This document shows positions 1-11,000 of a stretch of DNA of 64,000 nt, one piece after another. The first letter of the stretch is position 1, and every line of letters starts with the position of its first letter. The notes below the pieces were generated by a model. That model was not told where the DNA came from. It searched no databases and saw only the letters and a program-made list of their open reading frames with translations. The DNA is from Candidatus Adlerbacteria bacterium (GTDB lineage: Bacteria; Patescibacteriota; Minisyncoccia; Phycocordibacterales; SBAW01). The translations under genes and the position numbers were made by a program. The DNA lies in contig CAINNF010000007.1 in NCBI GenBank assembly GCA_903851045.1, positions 11,289-75,288 of the forward strand. Direction: 5' to 3'.

Positions 1-1
1 C

Positions 2-1063
2 GCGAACTTCGAAATGGAGGTGTGGGCCGGTCGCTTCGCCTGTCCGGCCGACCTTGCCGATAAGCTCGCCCTGGGTCACCGTGTCACCAGCCGAGACGAA
101 CACTTTGCTTGCGTGTCCATACAACGTCTGTGTGCCATTCGGATGCGCGATAACGATATAGTTACCGTAGCCACCGTTCCATCCGCCATTATCTTTTGCG
201 ATAATGACCGTACCCGCCGCCGAGGCATACATGTCGGTCCCTGTCGGTGCGCCAATGTCGACTCCATTATATCCGTGGAGCGTCTGGGTAATGATCCCCC
301 CAGCGACCGGCCACATATAGTAGTTGTCATATTCTGGGCCACCTGCATCACGCAGCGGCGCTGGCTTGAACGTCTTCGACGTGGACACCTTTGTTTTTTG
401 CTTCGAAGTCGCGACCTTCGTTTTCGTGGTTGCCACATTCGAACTGGTCGAAGGGGAGGCGGCCAACTCGCCGTTCGGGATGATGATACTTTGTCCGACA
501 GTGAGGGGGTCGGTATCCGCAAGGTTGTTATAGAGGGCTATGTCGTGGGCATCCGACTTATAGGCATCCGCAAGCGATGCAAGCGTCTCACCTTTGAGCA
601 CGGTGTGCTGGATACCAGTGATGGGCAAAATAATGAGCTGCTCTCCAGGATGGATGACCCCGTTCTGAATATCGTTCGCACCGATGATGGTGTTCGGGCT
701 AACCCCGAACATCGTCGCTATACCAGTCAGTGTGTCACCGTCGCGTACTACATATACACTGATCTGGGAGTTGACCGGACGACTTACTACATCCGCTGAG
801 GCGAGTGGGTTCTCGACCGACATGAGCGCATCACCACTTACGAGCGTTAGGTTCCCACCACTTGAGGGACTCGGATCTATATTGATCGCTGCCGCGAGGA
901 GGGGAATCGTCTGGGAATTAAATGAAGAGTCCGCTGCGGAAGAATACGCGGCGGACTTTTGGATCATGTCGTTAAAAAAATTCGCCGACGCTAATATCGG
1001 CACAACTAGAACAGAAAACGCCCCGCTGACCGCGATACCGAGAAACAACGCTTTTGTAGCCAT
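2..1063 (-). CDS. LysM x2 + M23 family peptidase (3' end runs off the window; start uncertain)
   Basis: Hand translation of the minus strand gives YVVRDGDTLTGIA and HTVLKGETLASLA (LysM-like), then HGYNGVDIGAP, GGYGNYIVIAH...TLYGH and GEATGPHLHFEVR (M23 motifs). Missing from the ORF track because no stop lies in the window. Confidence 0.9.
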   Translation of the reverse strand, partial: MATKALFLGIAVSGAFSVLVVPILASANFFNDMIQKSAAYSSAADSSFNSQTIPLLAAAINIDPSPSSGGNLTLVSGDALMSVENPLASADVVSRPVNSQISVYVVRDGDTLTGIATMFGVSPNTIIGANDIQNGVIHPGEQLIILPITGIQHTVLKGETLASLADAYKSDAHDIALYNNLADTDPLTVGQSIIIPNGELAASPSTSSNVATTKTKVATSKQKTKVSTSKTFKPAPLRDAGGPEYDNYYMWPVAGGIITQTLHGYNGVDIGAPTGTDMYASAAGTVIIAKDNGGWNGGYGNYIVIAHPNGTQTLYGHASKVFVSAGDTVTQGELIGKVGRTGEATGPHLHFEVR

Positions 1064-1294
1064 TCTCACCTGCTGACCAGGTTGAGTCGGTTTTTTGGAG
1101 TGTTTTGAAGACAAGGCTTTAGGGGGAATGCCGGTCAATTTGACAATAAATGGCTTAACTGAGCCATTCACCGCCGTCCATGCGGGAGTACTTCTTCATG
1201 ATACGCCCATGAATCCGCACGTCAACTTGACAGAAGATAACCTGTGGATAGCGGTGTTTGGGCAGATTTTCGAAAAATGCGCTAGGGTGTATAG

Positions 1295-3280
1295 GTGTCA
1301 TCACTCAACATAGCTCAAAAAGAAGCGGTCGAAACTACCGAGGGACCGTTGCTCGTACTTGCAGGGGCAGGGGCAGGCAAGACGCGCGTCATCGCACACC
1401 GCATATTGGAGATCGTGCGCCGCGGCACCACGCCCGAGCATATCCTCGCCATCACTTTTACCAACAAAGCCGCGACTGAGATGAAGGAGAGGATTATTTC
1501 ATTGTTGCAGAGCGCTCCGGAGGCAAGCCGCTTTGCTGCAGGACAGCAAGGAGACGCTGCACGACTTGCCTCCGGATCGCTCTCGAACTTCCGGACGTCT
1601 GAACCGTTCCGTCCTCCTTTTGTCTCTACCTTCCACTCGTTGGGACTCCTTATCATCAAGGAGAATGCAAAATTGCTCGGCTACAAACGGACACCGACGA
1701 TCTTTGACCGCGCTGATTCGTTGCGCGAAATGAAGGCGGCGCTCAAGATGTTCGACGCTGAGCTCGAGCCTCGTGCAGCGCTCGGCATGATCTCACGCAT
1801 GAAGGGGCAGGGGATCACCTCGAGCGAATTCGTCGAGAAGGCCCGCGGCTACCGCGAAGACGTCGTCGCCAAAGTGTGGCCGATATATGATGCGGCGCTT
1901 CGCAAGGAAAACGCTTTGGACTTCGACGACCTCCTTCTGCGCGCGATGTTGCTCCTGCGCGATAACGAAGAGGTGCGGGGGTGCTACCAACGCCGATGGT
2001 CGCATGTCCATGTCGACGAGTTCCAGGACACCAACTATGTGCAAGCGCGCATGATGGAGCTTTTGCTCGGACCGACATGCAACGTGTGCGCGGTCGGCGA
2101 TGTGGACCAAACGATCTACGGGTGGCGCGGTGCGGAGATCAAGAACATCATGTCGTTCGAACGCACCTTCCCCGGCGCAAAGATCGTGATACTCGAGGAG
2201 AACTACCGCTCGACACAGACCATACTGGCCGCGGCGAACAGCGTCATTTCAAAGAACACATATCGACCGGAAAAGAATCTGTTCACGAAAAATACCGAGG
2301 GCGACCCGATATCGCTCTACCAGGCGTTCGATGAGACCGACGAGGCGAACTTTATCGCCCGGATCGTGCGCGAAGGACTGGCAAAGGGCAGGCAACCGAA
2401 GGATTTTGCCGTACTGTACCGCGCGAACTTCCAGTCACGCGCCGTCGAAGAAGCGCTCTTGCGTGCGGATATACCGTATCAAGTGCTCGGTACGAAATTC
2501 TTCGAACGAAAGGAGGTGAAGGATGCGTTATCGTTCGTTCGAGCGGCGATATACGACACGAACGCCGATCTGGCGCGTATCGCGAATGTTCCACCACGAG
2601 GTATCGGCAAGGTCACACTGTTGAAGATCCTTGCTGGCAAGGAACAAGAGCTGACCGGCGCCACTCGCGAGAAAGTCGTACAGCTGCGCTCGCTCCTTGC
2701 TCGTATCCGTGACGCCGCACCGAAGTACACACCGTCCGAACTGATGCGATTCGTCATAACGAACAGTGGTCTCGAAGCGCAGTTCATCCAAGACAAGCTC
2801 GAGGGACCAGAACGCCTCGAGAACCTCAAAGAACTCGTGACGCTCGCGGCACGATACGATACGGTCGACCATATCTCGAACGAATCCACACACGCGGGAC
2901 TCGATGCGTTTCTCGAAAGCGCTGCTCTCGCCAGCGACCAGGACGAACTGAAGGACGAGGCGAATGCTGTGCGCCTCATGACCGTCCACGCATCGAAAGG
3001 TCTTGAATTCCCGGTCGTCTTCATCACCGGCCTCGAAGAAGGTCTGTTCCCCTACGCTCGCGAGGATGAAAAGGATGCGGACAAAGAAGAGGAGCGCCGG
3101 TTGTGCTATGTGGCTATCACTCGCGCCCAACACAAAGTGTATCTCTCCTATGCGTCATACCGGACCATTTTCGGCTCAAAAAACGCCACCATACCTTCAC
3201 AATTCCTGTCCGACATACCGGACGAATTGCTCGAATCCGAGATGCCTGAGCGCCTTGGTAGAACCATCTATCTAGATTAG
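1295..3280 (+). CDS. pcrA: UvrD/PcrA ATP-dependent DNA helicase
   Basis: Motifs AGAGAGKT, ITFTNKAA, VDEFQDTN, VGDVDQTIYGWRGA, ENYRST, MTVHASKGLEF, EERRLCYVAITRA. Confidence 0.95.
   Translation: MSSLNIAQKEAVETTEGPLLVLAGAGAGKTRVIAHRILEIVRRGTTPEHILAITFTNKAATEMKERIISLLQSAPEASRFAAGQQGDAARLASGSLSNFRTSEPFRPPFVSTFHSLGLLIIKENAKLLGYKRTPTIFDRADSLREMKAALKMFDAELEPRAALGMISRMKGQGITSSEFVEKARGYREDVVAKVWPIYDAALRKENALDFDDLLLRAMLLLRDNEEVRGCYQRRWSHVHVDEFQDTNYVQARMMELLLGPTCNVCAVGDVDQTIYGWRGAEIKNIMSFERTFPGAKIVILEENYRSTQTILAAANSVISKNTYRPEKNLFTKNTEGDPISLYQAFDETDEANFIARIVREGLAKGRQPKDFAVLYRANFQSRAVEEALLRADIPYQVLGTKFFERKEVKDALSFVRAAIYDTNADLARIANVPPRGIGKVTLLKILAGKEQELTGATREKVVQLRSLLARIRDAAPKYTPSELMRFVITNSGLEAQFIQDKLEGPERLENLKELVTLAARYDTVDHISNESTHAGLDAFLESAALASDQDELKDEANAVRLMTVHASKGLEFPVVFITGLEEGLFPYAREDEKDADKEEERRLCYVAITRAQHKVYLSYASYRTIFGSKNATIPSQFLSDIPDELLESEMPERLGRTIYLD
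1509..1583. repeat. 75-nt palindromic element in frame inside pcrA
   Basis: AGAGCGCTCCGGAGGCAAGCCG pairs with CGACTTGCCTCCGGATCGCTCT (20/22 complementary), with an inner hairpin TTGCTG..CAGCAA. Confidence 0.75.
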
Positions 3281-3287
3281 AGTAGGA

Positions 3288-3394
3288 GGAGTGGGAACAA
3301 AAGTAGCTCTGCAAAAGTCCTCGGGTCTCCCGTCCAGGCTAGAGGCCAGCCAAGCGGGCCAGACTATTTGCATAGCTACTTTTGTTCCCACTCC
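3288..3394. repeat. Palindromic element copy 1 (intergenic pcrA-rsmA)
   Basis: Arms GGAGTGGGAACAAAAGTAGCT.TGCAAA / TTTGCA.AGCTACTTTTGTTCCCACTCC flank core AAAAGTCCTCGGGTCTCCCGTCCAGGCT.GAGGCCAGCCA.GCGGGCCAGACTATTT, which recurs at ~34831 and, inverted, at ~36426. Confidence 0.9.
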
Positions 3395-3397
3395 CGT

Positions 3398-4225
3398 ATG
3401 TTCAAAAAGAAATCACTTGGCCAACATTTCCTTCATGCGCCAGCATATCTGCGGGCGGTCGTTGATGCTGCAGATGTGGCGGCAGGGGAAATCGTGCTCG
3501 AAATTGGCCCAGGCGACGGCGCACTTACCCGCGAACTCCTCGGACGGGGAGCTCGCGTGGTAGCTATCGAAAAGGATCATCGACTCCTACCCCTTTTGAC
3601 CCTCACGTTCGAAAAGGAAATACGCGGTGGCCAACTTACCCTTATAGAAGGCGACGCCCTCGAGTTAGACCCAGGTGCCATGCTCCCACCTATATATAAA
3701 GTAGTTGCGAACATACCGTACTACATCACCGGGGCGCTGCTTCGGAAGTTCCTCACCAGTTCGACGCAACCGAGTACGCTTGTGTTCTTGATACAGAAAG
3801 AGGTCGCGCAACGTATAGCAAGATCGAAGAAAGAAAGTCTTCTGTCGCTCTCGGTAAAGGCGTACGGCTCTCCTGTATATATACGGACAGTGCCGCGTGG
3901 GGCATTCGTACCACCGCCCGAAGTAGATTCAGCGATCCTTGCCGTGCACCACATCTCTCGGGACAACTTTTCGGATGCAAAACAAGAATCGCTTTTTTTC
4001 GACCTACTCCACGCCGGCTTCGCCCAAAAACGGAAACTACTCACCCGCAACCTAGAGCCGGTGCTTAGGGAACAAGCAGGGGACATCGTTGCAGCGACCG
4101 GATTGCCGGACAAAGTCCGTGCAGAAGACGTGCCTCTGCACGATTGGCTCGTGCTTACCAAGACAGCGAGTCATAAAATCGAGTATACTGAAGCTCATGA
4201 GTCTGCGCGATACTCTTCCGAGTAA
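3398..4225 (+). CDS. rsmA: 16S rRNA adenine dimethyltransferase RsmA/KsgA
   Basis: KKSLGQHFL, VLEIGPGDGALT, VVANIPYYIT, FAQKRKLL. Confidence 0.95.
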   Translation: MFKKKSLGQHFLHAPAYLRAVVDAADVAAGEIVLEIGPGDGALTRELLGRGARVVAIEKDHRLLPLLTLTFEKEIRGGQLTLIEGDALELDPGAMLPPIYKVVANIPYYITGALLRKFLTSSTQPSTLVFLIQKEVAQRIARSKKESLLSLSVKAYGSPVYIRTVPRGAFVPPPEVDSAILAVHHISRDNFSDAKQESLFFDLLHAGFAQKRKLLTRNLEPVLREQAGDIVAATGLPDKVRAEDVPLHDWLVLTKTASHKIEYTEAHESARYSSE

Positions 4226-5087
4226 GAAGTTTTCTGCTATCGTTGGATCTATCGCTCTTTCGTGCCTTCTGGTCATGGTCGCGAACATCGTCACACAGCC
4301 ACCACCACTCCCAAAGGCCGAGCTCGCAAGCGACTCCAGCGCCGACCAAGCGACCGACTGGCAGGCAACGCTCGACAATATCCAGGCACAGCAAGCGAGT
4401 CGACTCCCGACGCCGCCGGACCCAACGACCGTCCAAGATCTTCTGCAGGGAGCGCAGACGGCAAATATCACCGACTCGGTCGGGCGATCTCTCCTTATCA
4501 ATGTCACCGACGCAAGCGCGCAAGGTCTTGGGGCAGACCAGCCGACACAGAATCAGCTCCTTGCGGCTGCCATGCAACAGATCCAAAACGTCGCCGTACA
4601 AACAAAGACCTACTCAGTGTCCGACCTTACCATCGTCCCAAATTCGAAAGAGACACTGCATGCCTATGGAAACGCGCTGGCGCTCGTGCTCGCGAAACAT
4701 CCTGACGCGAGTATGGCCGAAACGCTCACCATGTTCGGAAGCGCGGTCAACGGCCAAACGACACAACTGACAAAGATGGGGACGATCGCAAGGGAATACG
4801 AGGCTCTCGCCACAGACCTCGCCAACATACCAACCCCTCTTTCGATCGCCGCCTACCAACTTGGTGTCATAAACGGCGAAATGACCATGGCAGGGAGCTT
4901 CGAACACATGGAGATGGTCAGTTCCGACCCTCTGCGCGGACTGGCAGGACTCCAAATCTACAACAATGCGGCACAGAGCGTGCAGGGTATGTTCATAAAC
5001 ATCACTCAAGTATTCGCTAAAGAAGGTATACTTTTCACTAAGGACGATGCTGGCGCACAACTTGTCTCGATGTTGTCCGGACAATAG
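4197..5087 (+). CDS. Membrane-anchored hypothetical protein, first gene of the secretion-like cluster
   Basis: N-terminal hydrophobic helix; overlaps the end of rsmA; start chosen at ATG 4197. Confidence 0.7.
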   Translation: MSLRDTLPSKKFSAIVGSIALSCLLVMVANIVTQPPPLPKAELASDSSADQATDWQATLDNIQAQQASRLPTPPDPTTVQDLLQGAQTANITDSVGRSLLINVTDASAQGLGADQPTQNQLLAAAMQQIQNVAVQTKTYSVSDLTIVPNSKETLHAYGNALALVLAKHPDASMAETLTMFGSAVNGQTTQLTKMGTIAREYEALATDLANIPTPLSIAAYQLGVINGEMTMAGSFEHMEMVSSDPLRGLAGLQIYNNAAQSVQGMFINITQVFAKEGILFTKDDAGAQLVSMLSGQ

Positions 5088-5090
5088 GTC

Positions 5091-8018
5091 ATGAATAAAA
5101 AGATCATTATCGTGGTGCTGGTCGGCATAGTGATCGCTGCGATCATTGCCCTCATGTGGTGGTGGTTCTTTAATCGACCGAACAACGCACCCACACCGAC
5201 TGGCAACTTTGGTACTGCACAGGACCGGAACGGAACCAGCACCGGAAGCGGCCTGACCAATATAGGCTCACCGACCATTAGTAAACCTACCAATGCAGCG
5301 AACAAGATACCCAAAGGTACCTACCTCATTAAATCGCTTCAAGGAAACGTGCTTGGTTCGTACGTGGTCGACACGAACGCGGACGGCTCTTTTAGTTTTA
5401 CTCCCACGAACGGATCGAACCCCCTCACGGCGGGTGACTATACTCTGACAGTCAACGGGACGACCATGGGAAACTTTACTCTAGCACCGACCGGCTATCA
5501 GTATGCCTTCGCTCTTACCCCCTATACCGGACTTTCGAACGGCACCTATGTCTTGAAAACGCTCCAGGGCAGCACCACCGGCTCCTTTATCACGACGACC
5601 AACCCGGACGGGAGCGTGACCTTCACACCGACGGGGGGTTCGGGACCGCTCACGGCGGGGGACTATGTTATTGGGAATGACACGTACGCTCTCTCTTCCA
5701 ACAGCAATGGGACGTTCAATGTGAATCCGTACGCCGGGATCCCAGATGGCAAATATAACTTAGGAACAGGCACCTATGTCGCAACGACCAACCCGGACGG
5801 GAGCGTGACCTTCACACCGACGGGGGGTTCGGGACCGCTCACGGCGGGGGACTATGTTATTGGGAATGACACGTACGCTCTCTCTTCCAACGGCAATGGG
5901 ACGTTCAATGTGAATCCGTACAACGGAACATCCGATACGAATACCTACGCTAGCGCCGACGGTGGATACTGGCTGTCTATCCCATCGATTGATACTTCGA
6001 CAAACGCCGGATACAACGCGACCGTATATACCACAACCGGCGCCAGCACTACTGGCGTCAGCATCCCGGGGTATGACGCAACGGGCTATGGCTACGGCAG
6101 TACGACTATAGGAAGCGTCGGTATTGGGGGGGGTATCTCGTTCAAAACCGCTTCGGGCACTATTTTTAGCAGTGATAATCCGTTCAATAGTGGCACGATA
6201 CCGAGTATTGGTTCTTCAGGGAACCCGAACGGTAAGGGGCTCGGGTTGGAAGGTGCCCTTATCGGCGCGCTCGCGACCGGCGTCGTCGCCTGCGTCCTCC
6301 CAGCACTAGCAAAGACGATCGGCGGGTCATTTGCTCTTGCGATCACGGGTAAATCAATTTCAACCGCGGGCGATACTTATGCTATAGGCGGCGCAGTGAA
6401 AGCTGAGGCTGCCGCGAAGGCTGGGGATTATTGGGAGGTGGGGGGCGTCCCGGTCGGCGGGGCAGCACCAACAACCGGAGAGGCAGCCGCAGGCACGGCA
6501 AACTCAGCAGCAGGCACGGCAACAGCTAATTTGGGCGACACCATAACCGGAACAGGACAAACGATCGCCGAGAACCTCGGACTTTCCATACAACTCTCAG
6601 ACCTCATAACAAACGATGTACTTAACTGCTTCGCACGCACGGTCGCACATGCCGCACTGGAGCAGATCGCGCGCAGCACTGTTGCCTGGATCAACTCCGG
6701 CTTCAAGGGGTCACCGTCGTTCGTGTCGAATTACCAGCAGTTCTTCACCAATGTCGCCGATGCCGCCGCCGGGCAATTCCTTCAAAGCAGTGCGCTGTCG
6801 TTCCTTTGTAGCCCCTTCTCGCTACAGGTCAAGATCGCCGTCGCCCAAAGCTACGCCAGGACTACCGGGCAGCAGTGTACGTTGACCAGGGTGGTGGGTA
6901 ATATAAACAACTTCATGAACGGTAACTTCGCCGCTGGGGGGTGGCCGGGGTTCCTGTCGTTCACCACACAACCAACGAACAACCCGTACGGGGCCTTTGC
7001 CGTAGGTACGGTCGGTATTCATACGGCGGCCGCAAACGCCGTCGATCAACACAAATTCGACCTGGGTCTGAGCGGTGGCTTCTTGTCCATCACTCAAGCA
7101 CAAAACTGTCAGAACATAGCGGGGGGCACCGCTAAACCACCGCCAGACGTTGCTCCCGGTAAAGGCGTACAAACAGTGACAACCAAAGACAATAATGGAA
7201 ATGTGACTGGTTCGCAATACCAGGTATGCGACATGAAGAACGTCACCCCTGGTACTGCTATAGCACAATCGCTTAACCAAACACTTGGTATTAATACCCA
7301 GTCACTGGAAATGGCGAAGTACTTCGACGAGATCATAACCGCTCTTGTCGCGCAACTCATGCAAAACATCCAGTCTCATGGTTTGGCGAATATGAGCGGA
7401 GGTGGTTCCGATGGTTCTGGGTATTATGGTGGCTATGTGACCGCCTCAAGCACCAACACGTCCGGCATGATCCAACAGAGCGTCCTGCAAAATATCGCTC
7501 CACTACTGCAGTCGGCACAGGACGTCATCACGTACGACACCCAAAACATCAACAACATCAATGCGACCTTGGCGAAGGCATCCGCACTCCAAAGTTGCTG
7601 GTCAACGCTCGCAAGCGCCGCCACCTCGACCACGATCCAAACACAGGCACAACATAACGCAGCAGCCATCACCCCGTACATCACCGACCTCAACAATCGC
7701 CTGAGCGTATACCAGACCGGCATCACACAAGCGAATTCGAGCGTCGCTTCTATACAAAGCGCGCAAACACAGGCCCAATCGACGACCGATACCGCAACGC
7801 TCGAGAACATCCTCAACAGTGTCGTGAAGAACACCCAAAACCAAACGTTCGTGCAGGACACCAACGTTGTGAACGCTCAAGAGGACCAGATCAACTTAAG
7901 CGCCGCACTTGATGAGTACAATCAGATCATTTCGACCCAGATGCAGGCATGCGCATCGTCTACCACCACATTCCCGCCGCCCGTCATGGTCCCAACCCCG
8001 ATCACGGTCGGGGGTTGA
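5091..8018 (+). CDS. Large membrane-anchored surface protein with internal repeats and a helical C-terminus
   Basis: 975 aa; N-terminal TM helix; Gly/Thr-rich repeats (TTNPDGSVTFTPTGGSGPLTAGDY); operonic with VirB6-like and VirB4-like genes. Confidence 0.8.
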   Translation: MNKKIIIVVLVGIVIAAIIALMWWWFFNRPNNAPTPTGNFGTAQDRNGTSTGSGLTNIGSPTISKPTNAANKIPKGTYLIKSLQGNVLGSYVVDTNADGSFSFTPTNGSNPLTAGDYTLTVNGTTMGNFTLAPTGYQYAFALTPYTGLSNGTYVLKTLQGSTTGSFITTTNPDGSVTFTPTGGSGPLTAGDYVIGNDTYALSSNSNGTFNVNPYAGIPDGKYNLGTGTYVATTNPDGSVTFTPTGGSGPLTAGDYVIGNDTYALSSNGNGTFNVNPYNGTSDTNTYASADGGYWLSIPSIDTSTNAGYNATVYTTTGASTTGVSIPGYDATGYGYGSTTIGSVGIGGGISFKTASGTIFSSDNPFNSGTIPSIGSSGNPNGKGLGLEGALIGALATGVVACVLPALAKTIGGSFALAITGKSISTAGDTYAIGGAVKAEAAAKAGDYWEVGGVPVGGAAPTTGEAAAGTANSAAGTATANLGDTITGTGQTIAENLGLSIQLSDLITNDVLNCFARTVAHAALEQIARSTVAWINSGFKGSPSFVSNYQQFFTNVADAAAGQFLQSSALSFLCSPFSLQVKIAVAQSYARTTGQQCTLTRVVGNINNFMNGNFAAGGWPGFLSFTTQPTNNPYGAFAVGTVGIHTAAANAVDQHKFDLGLSGGFLSITQAQNCQNIAGGTAKPPPDVAPGKGVQTVTTKDNNGNVTGSQYQVCDMKNVTPGTAIAQSLNQTLGINTQSLEMAKYFDEIITALVAQLMQNIQSHGLANMSGGGSDGSGYYGGYVTASSTNTSGMIQQSVLQNIAPLLQSAQDVITYDTQNINNINATLAKASALQSCWSTLASAATSTTIQTQAQHNAAAITPYITDLNNRLSVYQTGITQANSSVASIQSAQTQAQSTTDTATLENILNSVVKNTQNQTFVQDTNVVNAQEDQINLSAALDEYNQIISTQMQACASSTTTFPPPVMVPTPITVGG
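5595..5921 (+). repeat. Intragenic direct repeat, 138 nt x2 (5595-5732 and 5784-5921), period 189 nt
   Basis: The copies are identical except for one substitution (AACAGC vs AACGGC). Confidence 0.95.
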
Positions 8019-8032
8019 GGAACGTTATAATC

Positions 8033-11000
8033 ATGTACAAATCCCTACTACATTCGAAAATCCTCCAACAAGCGACAAAGGTCGCTATTGGTGTTGTGTT
8101 GGCTGCAACCTTCATATCACCACTCGGAGGATTGTTGCCGGTCGCTCACGCACAAAAACCCGCGCCACTTCCTGCAGGCACCGACACAGGCGACACCGGG
8201 GGAGCCGCGAAAGATGCTACAACCGGTGCTGGCGCCACTGATACGGGCGGCTGGTCGAATCCTAGCAGCGGATCTGATCCTAGCAGCGGATCGGCCCTTA
8301 GCGCCTTCGATTCATGTACTAACTCGAAAACACTGAGCATCTGTCTTTCGAACATCATATACGCCCTCTTCACGTTCCCCATGAGCATGTTCACCTACAT
8401 AACCAGCTTCGTCTTCGATATCGGCGTCCAGGTGACCCTGAATAGCGTCACCTACTCCCAAGACTTCATAACCGTCGGGTGGACCACTGTGCGCGACATC
8501 GCCAACATGGCGTTCATATTCATGCTGATATACCTGGCGATCATCATTGTCACCCGGGCCGACACAGCGAACACCATGAAGATGCTCGCGTCGATCATCA
8601 TCGTCGCACTACTCATCAATTTCAGCTTCTTTATCTCCCGACTGGCGATAGATGGGGGGAATCTCTTGGCGATACAGTTCTATAACGCCATCAATGTACA
8701 GCCGCTCGCGACGACCGCCTCACAAACCGACGCCTCTACCGCGACCAGTGTCGCGGGAGCAATCACGCCCGCGGGCCTCGCCAGCACAAAGGATCTTACC
8801 TATAACATCATGCAGCTTATCGGCGTACAGACGCTTCTCGGTTCAGGATCTTTTGCCTTGGCTTTCCAAAAACAAAACAATTTCGTCGTTAATCTTGCCA
8901 CCTTTTCGTTCATATACATCATCGTCGCTATCATATTGGCGATCTTGGCGTTCATGTTCCTTGCGACGGGGATCAAGTTCTTGCTGCGCTCCGTCATGCT
9001 GTGGCTACTTATCATGGCGTCGCCGCTCGCGTTCGTAGCGGCAGCACTCCCCGACAGCAAGGGCGGCAAGGACCTTTTCAAAAAATGGTACACCAACCTG
9101 TTCGAATACGCGTTCTTCCCGGCGGTCTTTCTGTTCTTATACCTGATCGTCAACATGTTCGCGGCGGGACTGGGCCAGACTAACAATAGCAAAGGTGGGC
9201 TGCTGAACTCAGCGTTTGGTAGTTTAACTCAAACCGCTAGTGGTGTGAGCGTGAGCCAAACAATGCTTGCATTAGGCGAAGTGATTGCCAGCATCTCTAT
9301 CCGCCTTGGACTCCTCGTACTCTTCCTCGGACTCGCCGTGAAGCTCGCGGACGATACCATGAAGGCGGGTGGGGGAACGTTCCAAAAGATAAACGGCTGG
9401 GCGGCGAACAAGGTGAGTAATACTGCTGGCATGTACGGCAGAAATACGTTTGGACGTGCGGGGTATCGGTTCGCCAACAGCAACATAGGCAAGCGTTGGG
9501 CGTCGCACGACATGGTAGGACGAACACTCTACCGGGGCGCAGATAAACTTGGGCGCTCGACCTATGACGTGCGGGGTGTGACCGCCTTTAGCAAAGCTGC
9601 GGACGCGGCCGGGGCTCGTGTTGGTGGACCAGATAAAAAGAACTTTGGTAGTGTTGTTAAGGAGAAAGTCGATCAAAAGGTGGCGTATGCTAACAGTCTG
9701 AAACCGAATGAGGCTCAGATGGAGCGTCTGTATACACAAGAATTGGAAAAAGCTGACAAAAAAGATGCCATAGCAGCCTACAAGAAGTGGCAAGAAGAGG
9801 AGGAGAAGTATAAGAATAAGCCAGGGAGCGATGATAAGGAAGTGAAGCGTGCGAAGAGCAAATATGATGCCGAGATCAAGAAATTGGAAAGTGGTGTGAA
9901 AAAAGAAGTGAAGGCGTCGGTCCAAGACAGACTCGACAGATATGCGGACACTATCGAGACGAGAAGGATCGGCAACATAGGAGGTATCTTAAGTTCGGGT
10001 CTCCCCGGCTTCATCGGAGCCGAAGATAGGGTTGCTGCAGCAAAGATTCGGGGTCGTAGCACAGATGCTAAATCACGCTTAGAAGATGCGGTGGAGACGG
10101 CTGCAAAAGATGCTACGGTTACTGGTAGCACATCCACTGGCGAAGGAACTGGTGGGACAACACCCCCCGCGACCCCACCAACTACCGCAAGACCGCCTAC
10201 TTCACCAGGAGGACAGCCACCGGCGTTCGTCCCACCGAACTACCCACCTGCGTTTATACCACCAGGTGTTCGATCACCGAAAGCAGCACCTGTGCCCATT
10301 AAACCGCTACCTCAACCACCAGCACCCAAAAACCCTGGAGGCTCAAGCGGGGGAGGGGGCGGAACACCGACAGGGGGAGGGGGCGGTCAACAACAAGAGG
10401 CGGCCGCGCAATCCGGCGGAGCGACATCCACCAATAGACGGTCGATCCCTCTTGCCGCGAACAACAACACCTCTCCTGCAGCAGCACCTGCTGTGACTAA
10501 TCAATCGATAGGGAACCCTGCCTCGTGGACGCATGATGCCGGATCCACAACGCCAGTGACGAGTGCTGCGAATCCTTCGATTGTGATGACGACGACAAGC
10601 CCAACGGTCATCACACAGTCCACCAACCCTGCTGCCCAAACACACCTCAATGAGCTGCACAATGATCTCGTCACACATCCAAACACCGCCGGAGCTCACG
10701 TCGGGATCTCCGCCGATAGTTCGGTCCAGATCAAAAAAGTAAACGACGAGATACTAAGAGACCATGTTACCGGAGTAGAGCAACGTGTGTTAGAAAATGA
10801 CGTGGAAGCTGCGAAGACGAACAAGGAGGTGTTGGAGCGACAGGTCGAGGAGATAAAGAATGTTGGTCAAGCGGTCGAACGAGTCAACGAGACGACCCAG
10901 GGACTCACCACCGCACAACGTGCGGGTACTAAAGAGATTAAAAGCTCTTTGGGCGATATACATCAAGCGCTTCGATCGGGGGGACGAATATCGGATGTCA

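Noticed and set aside
14-1076. Plus-strand ORFs 14..799 and 684..1076, and minus-strand ORF 76..522
   Set aside because: Shadows of the minus-strand LysM/M23 gene, which is in another frame.
1064-1294. c-di-AMP (ydaO) riboswitch upstream of the M23 gene
   Set aside because: No recognisable consensus; only a promoter-like TTGACG-N16-TATCAT and one small hairpin.
10130-10430. Pro/Gly-rich low-complexity tract in the VirB6-like gene as a repeat element
   Set aside because: Protein-level low complexity without discrete nucleotide repeats.
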